64,000 nt of DNA from Natronospirales bacterium (GTDB lineage Bacteria; Pseudomonadota; Gammaproteobacteria; Natronospirales; REEB76), in contig JAKAXB010000003.1 in the NCBI GenBank assembly GCA_021816765.1, forward strand, positions 100,074 through 164,073, read 5' to 3'. Within the stretch, counting starts at the first letter, position 1. Each line of letters begins with the position of its first letter. Positions 57,638-64,000 of the stretch are shown piece after piece. The notes under the pieces are model-generated. The model ran no database searches. It had not been told where the DNA came from and saw nothing but the letters and a program-made list of their open reading frames with translations. A program made the translations under genes and the position numbers.

Positions 57638-57742
57638 GCCCTTTAGGCTTATTGTCCCATTTTACACTCAAACCCCCGGACCACTGATACCCCTTGACCC
57701 AACCTATTATCATAGACCGCACATCACAGGGATCACGGCACA

Positions 57743-58750
57743 ATGAATGTCCACTGGAAAGCCTTCCTCGCCGCGCAAGGTGCCCGCTTTGACGATGCGC
57801 GTGTCAGCGGTTTCGCCCAGTCGCATGGCGAATCCGGTGCCACAAGCAATGCCGTGCTGGCGGATTTGTCCCATGAGGGACTGATCGCCGTTACCGGCGG
57901 TGACGCACGCAGCTTTCTCCAGGGACAGCTCAGCACGGACATTCAGGAACTCACGCCGAAACGCGGTCAGCTCAGTTCCTGGAGCAACGCCAAAGGACGA
58001 GTGGTAACCCTGTGCCGCATATTCCAGCGGGATGAAATCATCTATCTGGCCCTGCCCCAGCCGCTGCTCGCTCCGGTCATGCAGCGCCTTTCCACGTACG
58101 TGCTGCGATCCAAGGCGGCACTCACGGACGCCAGCGACGCCTCCGTCCGCTTTGGCATCGCGGGTGAGGGAGCACAGGACCTTCTGCAGAAGGCGGGGCT
58201 AACACCGCCACCTGGCGTCAATGAACAGGCCCACCAGGATGGAACGTGGCTCATGCGACTGCAGGGTCGGACACCGCGCTATGCCGTCCACGGACCTGCT
58301 GAAGCACTGATTCCGCTCTGGCAGGAATTGCAGGCGAAGCGCGTCCGGACGGCGGGCGAGGATCACTGGGCATTGCTCAAAATTCTCGCCGGCGAGCCCA
58401 CGGTGTACCCCGCAACCTCGGAACATTTTGTGGCCCAGATGCTGGGACTCGAGGAACTGGGTGCGATCAATTTCAGGAAGGGTTGTTACACCGGCCAGGA
58501 AGTCATCGCCCGCGCCCACTACCGCGGCGGCGTCAAGCGGCATCTGGCGCATGCCCGTTGCCAAACGCCGGAGCCTGTCTCACCGGGCACCGCCGTCAAC
58601 CTGCGGGGGCAGAATCAGACCGTGGCGGAAGTGGTGGATGCGCGCCGGGATACCAAGGGAGAAACCCGGATGCTGGTGGTAATCCAGGATGAGCATCGCG
58701 CCTCGCCCCTCGCTTTATACGGGAAAGAGGACGTGACATTGGTTGAATAG
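57743..58750 (+). CDS. ygfZ: Folate-binding Fe-S cluster repair/tRNA-modification protein YgfZ
   Basis: 335 aa with an aminomethyltransferase-like fold and the signature FRKGCYTGQEVIARAHYRG. Confidence 0.85.
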   Translation: MNVHWKAFLAAQGARFDDARVSGFAQSHGESGATSNAVLADLSHEGLIAVTGGDARSFLQGQLSTDIQELTPKRGQLSSWSNAKGRVVTLCRIFQRDEIIYLALPQPLLAPVMQRLSTYVLRSKAALTDASDASVRFGIAGEGAQDLLQKAGLTPPPGVNEQAHQDGTWLMRLQGRTPRYAVHGPAEALIPLWQELQAKRVRTAGEDHWALLKILAGEPTVYPATSEHFVAQMLGLEELGAINFRKGCYTGQEVIARAHYRGGVKRHLAHARCQTPEPVSPGTAVNLRGQNQTVAEVVDARRDTKGETRMLVVIQDEHRASPLALYGKEDVTLVE

Positions 58751-58855
58751 CATGGCAAAGCCGCCTCAGCCGGAGTCACCGGGGCGGGCAGCATCGCCCG
58801 GCAGCAGGCAATCTCAATCCTGTGGGAACGGACATCCTGGCCGCGATCAGATCGG

Positions 58856-60145
58856 TCAAATCGCAAGACGTTGCATGGTCATAGCGTAGAAGCCGTCCGT
58901 GCCGTGACGATGTGGCAGGAGCCGGAGAGCGCCACCCGCACCGCAGGCATCGGCAATGGCAATGCCGGCACGTGCAAGAATCTCCCCAGCCGGAATCGTC
59001 TTGAAGCCGGGATGCGCCGCCAGCAACGCCGCAGTAACGGCGCTGTTCTCCTCATCCAGCAGGCTACAGGTAGCATACACCAGCCGCCCGCCCGGTTTCA
59101 CCAGCCGTGCAGCGGCCGTGAGGATGTGCTGCTGAGTCACGCGCAGCTTGTCGAGATCAATGTCCTTCCATTTGATATCCGGATTGCGGCGCAGGGTGCC
59201 GGTACCCGAGCAGGGCGCATCCACCAGCACCGCGTCCATTTTCCCGTACAGCGGCTTCATCTGTTCATCCTGCTCATCACGGATCAGCAGACGCTGGATG
59301 ATATCCACGCCGGCGCGCTTCAGGCGCGGCTTGAAGCGCTCCAGACGCCGTGTTGCCACATCGCAAGCATAAATACTTCCCTTGTTCTGCATCATGGCAG
59401 CGATGTGCAGACTCTTGCCACCGGCGCCGGCGCAGAAATCCACGATCTTCTCCTTGGGTTTGGCATCCACCAGCAAAGCAATGAGCTGGCTGCCCTCGTC
59501 CTGCAGCTCGAATAATCCTTCCTCAAAGGCCCGGGAATTGAACAGTGGCCCGCGCTTCTCGCGCCGCAGGCCGAAAGGAGAATACGGCGTGGGCGTCAAT
59601 TCGTAGCCTTCTTCCTGGAACTGCGCCTGCAACCCATCACGGCTGGTTTTGAGCGTGTTGACGCGGATATCCACCGTTGCAGGCCGGTTCAGCGCGTCCG
59701 CTAGCTTCAGAGTTTCCTCTTCACCAAACTGGGCCACCAACCGCTCCGCCAGCCAGTCCGGCAGGTTTGTTCTCACTGCGAAGGGAAATAAAGCAAGGTT
59801 GGCGGTTCGCACCCGCGCGGCAAGCGCATCCGTGTCGCCGGAAAATCCGGCCCCAGCCAATGCGCGTCCGCTCCAGCCGCCGTATTTGAGAAGATAAGTT
59901 GCTATCAACCACGACGCAGTATCAGTCACCATCCCTGTCAGGGGTTCGTACAGTTCCTGTAACTCGCGCCGCCTCCGCAGACAGCCATAGATCGTCTCCG
60001 CCAGAAAGGCGCGATCCTTGGAGCCCATATTGCGGTTTGCCCGAAAATATTGATCGATGAGTGCGTCAACAGGAACGCGGGAATCCGCGGATTGAGCCAA
60101 AACTTCTGCTGTCTGGTTAAACCTGGCGCGGGCGTACGGTATCAT
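58856..60145 (-). CDS. RsmB/NOP2/Sun-family RNA m5C methyltransferase
   Basis: 429 aa with a NusB-like N-terminus, SAM motif VDFCAGAGGKS, and catalytic DAPCSGTGTLRRNPD and YATCSL. Confidence 0.8.
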   Translation of the reverse strand: MIPYARARFNQTAEVLAQSADSRVPVDALIDQYFRANRNMGSKDRAFLAETIYGCLRRRRELQELYEPLTGMVTDTASWLIATYLLKYGGWSGRALAGAGFSGDTDALAARVRTANLALFPFAVRTNLPDWLAERLVAQFGEEETLKLADALNRPATVDIRVNTLKTSRDGLQAQFQEEGYELTPTPYSPFGLRREKRGPLFNSRAFEEGLFELQDEGSQLIALLVDAKPKEKIVDFCAGAGGKSLHIAAMMQNKGSIYACDVATRRLERFKPRLKRAGVDIIQRLLIRDEQDEQMKPLYGKMDAVLVDAPCSGTGTLRRNPDIKWKDIDLDKLRVTQQHILTAAARLVKPGGRLVYATCSLLDEENSAVTAALLAAHPGFKTIPAGEILARAGIAIADACGAGGALRLLPHRHGTDGFYAMTMQRLAI

Positions 60146-60180
60146 CGGTTAGGCTACGGATTCCTTATATATGGATCGAG

Positions 60181-60531
60181 TCAGGATGAATGGTCCTGGC
60201 CCCAGTGAAATTTATGCATGAGCCGGTGTACAACCGGGGCGAACAACACACCCGCCGTGATGAGAAACGCCAGGCCCGCATACAGCGCATACAGGCCGGC
60301 GAAGACCTTGCCGCCGGGTGTATGGGGATCTTCCACCGGACCCATGCCTCCCAGCAACATCGCCGCATTCAGGAACGCGTCCCGCCAGGCCAACCCCTCG
60401 AAGTAGGTGTAGCCCGCCATGCCAAGCAGGAGCGAGCCCGTCAAAAAACTCATGGCAAATGCGAAATGCAGCGCCAAGCGACGCAAAAATTGTCGTCGAG
60501 TGAGAGGCGGATGCCGGCGTGTTTCGTACAT
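60181..60531 (-). CDS. Small two-TM membrane protein of unknown function
   Basis: Track ORF 60181..60615 trimmed to the ATG at 60531 (MYETRRHPPLTRRQFLRRL...). It has two hydrophobic helices separated by WRDAFLNAAMLLGGMGPVED. There is no clear SD, so the call is tentative. Confidence 0.5.
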   Translation of the reverse strand: MYETRRHPPLTRRQFLRRLALHFAFAMSFLTGSLLLGMAGYTYFEGLAWRDAFLNAAMLLGGMGPVEDPHTPGGKVFAGLYALYAGLAFLITAGVLFAPVVHRLMHKFHWGQDHSS

Positions 60532-60655
60532 GAGATATCCAAGAATACCATTCTTGCTCCCGGTCACAGCGAAAATAATGGGAACGTGTCGCAAACGGAG
60601 GTTGAATCCGCACAAGGTGCTATCGGAAAATCATCACACTGTGTGCGGTTCACGG

Positions 60656-61027
60656 CTAATGTATACCGCGGAACAGATAAAACACCACGCCCAAACCCAG
60701 CAAGGCCAGCACGACATTCATCATGATTCCTGTATGCAAGCGGTAACCCGGGGGAATATCCCGTGACGGCAGGCTGTGGACGAAACGACGGTACTGTACC
60801 GAAGCGAACAGGGCTACGCTGATACCCAGCAGCAAAAATCCCATGCCGAGCCAGAAAGACAGGCCGGATCGCGGAGCTGAGGCCATGGCGGGTACCAGCA
60901 GACGCACCACCAGCCCGAAGCGCTCGATGACGAAGCCGAAGGCCATGAGCGCCAAGCTGGTGCGCGTCCAGGCCAGCAGCGTGCGCTCGGCGGCAAACAA
61001 CACTCTTGGATCGCCTGTATCAGACAT
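60656..61027 (-). CDS. DUF202 (YidH-like) membrane protein
   Basis: 123 aa; LFAAERTLLAWTRTSLALMAFGFVIERF is the DUF202 signature by recall. Starts 9 nt after the lysS stop. Confidence 0.7.
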   Translation of the reverse strand: MSDTGDPRVLFAAERTLLAWTRTSLALMAFGFVIERFGLVVRLLVPAMASAPRSGLSFWLGMGFLLLGISVALFASVQYRRFVHSLPSRDIPPGYRLHTGIMMNVVLALLGLGVVFYLFRGIH

Positions 61028-61036
61028 GGATGCCCC

Positions 61037-62524
61037 TTATTCAACTCGCATGAGCGGAAACAGGATTACATCGCGGATGGACGGCGAATCGGTGAACAGC
61101 ATCACTAGCCGGTCTATGCCGATGCCTTCGCCGGCGGTAGGCGGCATACCGTATTCCAGTACGCGTACGTAGTCGGCGTCGTAGAACATGGCCTCATCAT
61201 CACCGGCTGCTTTATCCGCCACTTGAGCCTTGAAGCGCTCCGCCTGATCCTCCGGATCATTCAATTCCGAAAAACCGTTGGCGATTTCGCGGCCACCCAC
61301 GTAAAACTCGAAGCGGTCCGTGAGGAACGGGTCGCTGTCCTTGCGGCGCGACAGGGGCGAGATTTCCAGCGGATAATCAACGATGAAGGTGGGTTGCTTG
61401 AGGTGGGGTTCCACCGTCTTCTCGAAGATCTCGAACTGCAGCTTGCCCGCGCCGTAGCCTGACTTGACCGGAAGCCTCAATTTTTCGCAAATACCGCGCA
61501 GATACGCTGTATCCCGCATCTTGCCGCGATCAATCCCGGGATTGAACCCAGCCAGGGCGTCCTCCAATTTGAGACGGTGGAATGCCGGACCGAAGTCATG
61601 GGCTTCGCCCTGCCAGATTACCTGCGTACCGCCGTTCAACGCCTGGGCGAGACCACGCAGCAGGCTTTCAGTCAGATCCATCAGGTCCTCGTAAGTGGCG
61701 TAGGCCTGATAGAACTCCAGCATGGTGAATTCCGGGTTGTGGCGGGTGGATACACCCTCGTTGCGGAAATTGCGGTTGATCTCGTACACCCGCTCGAAGC
61801 CGCCCACCACCAGGCGTTTGAGGTACAGCTCCGGCGCGATGCGTAGGTACAGGTTCATGTCGAGCGCGTTGTGGTGGGTGATGAAGGGCCGCGCGATGGC
61901 GCCGCCGGGAATCGGTTGCATCATGGGCGTTTCCACTTCCAGAAAGCCCAATGCATTCATGAATTCGCGCACGTGCTGTACGATGCGGGTGCGCGTGCGA
62001 AACACCCGCACCGATTCCGGGTTCATGATGAGGTCGAGATAGCGTTGACGGTAGCGGATCTCGGTATCCGCGAGGCCGTGGAACTTCTCCGGCAGCGGAC
62101 GCAGCGACTTGGTAAGCAGCAGCAGCTTGCCAGCGCGTACCGATAACTCACCCGTCCTGGTCTTGAAGAGCACACCTTCGGCGGCAATGATGTCACCCAC
62201 ATCCCAGGTTTTGAAGGCGTCGTAGGTTTCCTCACCCAGGGCGTCGCACTGCACGAACAGCTGCAGACGGCCGGTGCTGTCCTGGATGTGGACAAAACTC
62301 ACCTTGCCCATGACGCGCTTGGCCATCATGCGTCCGGCCACGTGCACACGCACCGGCTTCCGCTCGAGCGATTCTTCGCTGTGCTTGCCGTACAGGCCAT
62401 GCAGCTCCGCTGCCAGGGCGTCACGTTTGAAGCCATTGGGGAAGGCCGCACCCTGAGCGCGCAGCTTCGCCAGTTTTTCGCGGCGCTCACGAATCAATTT
62501 GTTTTCATCCTGTTGCTCGTTCAT
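61037..62524 (-). CDS. lysS: Lysyl-tRNA synthetase (class II)
   Basis: 495 aa. N-terminus [24 protein letters not shown] fold, and class II motifs ([15 protein letters not shown]). Confidence 0.95.
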   Translation of the reverse strand: MNEQQDENKLIRERREKLAKLRAQGAAFPNGFKRDALAAELHGLYGKHSEESLERKPVRVHVAGRMMAKRVMGKVSFVHIQDSTGRLQLFVQCDALGEETYDAFKTWDVGDIIAAEGVLFKTRTGELSVRAGKLLLLTKSLRPLPEKFHGLADTEIRYRQRYLDLIMNPESVRVFRTRTRIVQHVREFMNALGFLEVETPMMQPIPGGAIARPFITHHNALDMNLYLRIAPELYLKRLVVGGFERVYEINRNFRNEGVSTRHNPEFTMLEFYQAYATYEDLMDLTESLLRGLAQALNGGTQVIWQGEAHDFGPAFHRLKLEDALAGFNPGIDRGKMRDTAYLRGICEKLRLPVKSGYGAGKLQFEIFEKTVEPHLKQPTFIVDYPLEISPLSRRKDSDPFLTDRFEFYVGGREIANGFSELNDPEDQAERFKAQVADKAAGDDEAMFYDADYVRVLEYGMPPTAGEGIGIDRLVMLFTDSPSIRDVILFPLMRVE

Positions 62525-62677
62525 TTTCTTTATCCTGGAGAATTTGACTCGCCCTCACTCCAACCTTGTGGGGAGAGGCAAAAAACCGGTGGGAGCCGTG
62601 GTATCCCGATTTCCATGCCTCAATCGCAGTCGGGCTGCTTTCGGCATCCATATCACAGTCTCCTCACGCCCCACCTC

Positions 62678-63776
62678 TTACAGCCCCTGTTTCAGGGATG
62701 CCTCAATGAAATCGTCCAGATCGCCGTCCAGCACCGCCTGAGTGTCACCCTTCTCCACTCCGGTGCGCAGATCCTTGATGCGCGACTGGTCCAGCACATA
62801 AGAGCGGATCTGGCTGCCCCAACCGATGTCCGCCTTGCTGTCCTCCAGCTTCTGCTGCTCGGCGCGGCGCTTCTGCTCTTCCATCTCGTACAGCTTCGCC
62901 TTCAACTGCTTCATGGCGGTGGAGCGGTTCTTGTGCTGCGAACGTTCGTTCTGGCAAGCCACCACAATGCCGGTGGGGATATGGGTGATGCGGATGGCGG
63001 AATCGGTCTTGTTCACGTGCTGCCCGCCGGCGCCGCTGGAGCGGTAGGTGTCCACTTTGAGATCCGCCGAATTGATCTCGATCTCGATGTCGTCGTCCAC
63101 CTCCGGTGACACGAAGATGGCAGCGAAGGAAGTATGCCGGCGGTTGCCGGAATCGAACGGTGACTTGCGCACCAGGCGGTGCACGCCGGTCTCGGTGCGC
63201 AGCCAACCAAACGCGTAGGCCCCCCCGAAGCGCAGCGTGGCGCTCTTGATGCCGGCCACTTCAGCCGCCGACACTTCCATAAGTTCCGTTTTGAATCCGC
63301 GCCGCTCGCCCCAGCGCAGGTACATGCGCAACAGCATGTTGGCCCAGTCCTGGGCCTCGGTACCACCGGAACCGGCCTGCACATCCAGAAAGGCGTTGTG
63401 GGAATCCATCGGGCCTGCGAACATGCGCTGGAACTCGAGCTGCTGTATGTGCCGCTCCAGTGTGCCCACTTCGTTGCCCACCTCACCCACGGAAGCGGTA
63501 TCACCCTCCTCCACGGCGAGGGTCAGCAGTTCACGGGAATCCTCCAGACCGCCGCTGAGTTTGTCGAGCATGCCCACTATTTCCTGCAGGCGGGCGCGTT
63601 CGCGCCCCAGCTCCTGGGCCCGTTCGGGGTTATTCCATATCCCCGGGGCTTCCAGTTCCTTGCTGACTTCCTGCAGACGCTCGCACTTCGCCGCGTAGTC
63701 AAAGATACCCCCTGAGAGCCTGGACACGGCCCTGCAAGTCGTTGATTTTGTTCCTGATCGAGTTGATGTCCTGCAC
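62678..63776 (-). CDS. prfB: Peptide chain release factor 2 (requires programmed +1 frameshift at 63698-63704)
   Basis: Frame 0: GTG 63776 ... [25 protein letters not shown] then TGA (63701-63699). Frame +1 continues [12 protein letters not shown]... (track ORF 62678..63727), with SPF and GGQ ([10 protein letters not shown]) motifs. The joined product is 365 aa, the same as E. coli RF2. Confidence 0.9.
63698..63713 (-). promoter_or_regulatory. RF2 autoregulatory +1 frameshift site
   Basis: Minus strand: AGGGGG TAT CTT TGA C. The internal SD, 3-nt spacer, slippery CTT and UGA-C stop are identical to the E. coli prfB site. Confidence 0.9.
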
Positions 63777-63829
63777 GGCTGCGAATTCCTGAAGTTCGAG
63801 GCGGAATGGACATTATGGTACTACAGGCT

Positions 63830-64000
63830 TCAAATGGCCTCGATATAGTCAATCAAAAGTTGCAGACGCCGGGTGCCCCGATATTCATTCACGTCGGGCC
63901 GATAGACGATGCGTACCTGTCCGCAGTTCGGCGACAGGTGTTCGCCGCTCTGGTTGAAGGCGATGGCCTCCAGGCGCAGGCCGGTACCGGGTTCGGCCAA
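63830..64000 (-). CDS. recJ: Single-stranded-DNA exonuclease RecJ, C-terminal fragment (5' end outside window)
   Basis: My translation of the open frame: ...LRLEAIAFNQSGEHLSPNCGQVRIVYRPDVNEYRGTRRLQLLIDYIEAI*. The C-terminal ...N(E/D)(Y/F)RG.R.LQL.I... resembles the E. coli RecJ C-terminus by recall, and recJ-prfB-lysS is the E. coli gene order. Confidence 0.7.
   Translation of the reverse strand: MAEPGTGLRLEAIAFNQSGEHLSPNCGQVRIVYRPDVNEYRGTRRLQLLIDYIEAI

Noticed and set aside
57549-57743. 64-aa minus-strand track ORF in the sdhC-ygfZ spacer.
   Set aside because: A different frame of the same region encodes the DUF1674 signature peptide. The 64-aa ORF has no motif and would overlap it.
1-64000. 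Scan for tRNA/rRNA genes, CRISPR arrays, IS elements, integrases, phage genes and known defence systems.
   Set aside because: I found no T-loop/acceptor-like tRNA signatures, no regularly spaced direct repeats other than the 7-nt array, and no transposase, integrase or phage-like translations in any track ORF. This was visual inspection only, so short or degenerate elements could be missed.

Overview
GC-rich (by eye, not computed) chromosomal core segment with gammaproteobacterial-type synteny. It is packed almost end to end with about 68 protein-coding genes in recognisable housekeeping operons. In order: gspF (3' part); a large secreted BNR/Asp-box protein; a 670-bp repeat-rich non-coding island; yceD-rpmF-plsX-fabH; maf; rluC divergent from rne; exbB-exbD-msbA-lpxK-ycaR-kdsB-ptp; comEC; a DUF2062 gene; lolC-lolD; sfsA; aguA-aguB; mfd; a CsiV-like gene; a (PolB-like exonuclease)-rlmD-nagZ-hpt-mtnP operon; a TonB-dependent receptor / orphan binding protein / unorthodox hybrid kinase trio; rpoE-rseA-rseB-degP-(glutaredoxin-like); lepA-lepB-DUF4845-rnc-era-recO-pdxJ-acpS; nadB; (DUF1674)-sdhC-sdhD-sdhA-sdhB-sdhE-ygfX divergent from ygfZ; an rsmB-like methyltransferase; two small membrane proteins; and recJ(3' end)-prfB-lysS. 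I recognised no rRNA, tRNA, CRISPR array, transposase or integrase, and no known defence system. Many track ORFs are N-terminally over-extended, so I re-set starts using neighbouring stop codons, SD motifs and homologue N-termini. Three real genes are missing or split in the track: ycaR (59 aa), a DUF1674/SDHAF4-like gene (57 aa), and the first 25 codons of prfB upstream of its +1 frameshift site. The best candidates for something not yet understood are: (1) the TBDR / transporter-less binding protein / hybrid kinase module at 35057-40828; (2) a 7-copy heptanucleotide array (SD plus GTG in every unit) that forms the translation start region of sdhE; and (3) the repeat-rich non-coding island downstream of fabH. 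Nothing here is a clear-cut novel system. Most of the window is ordinary core genome, and all family assignments are from recall of motifs, not from searches.
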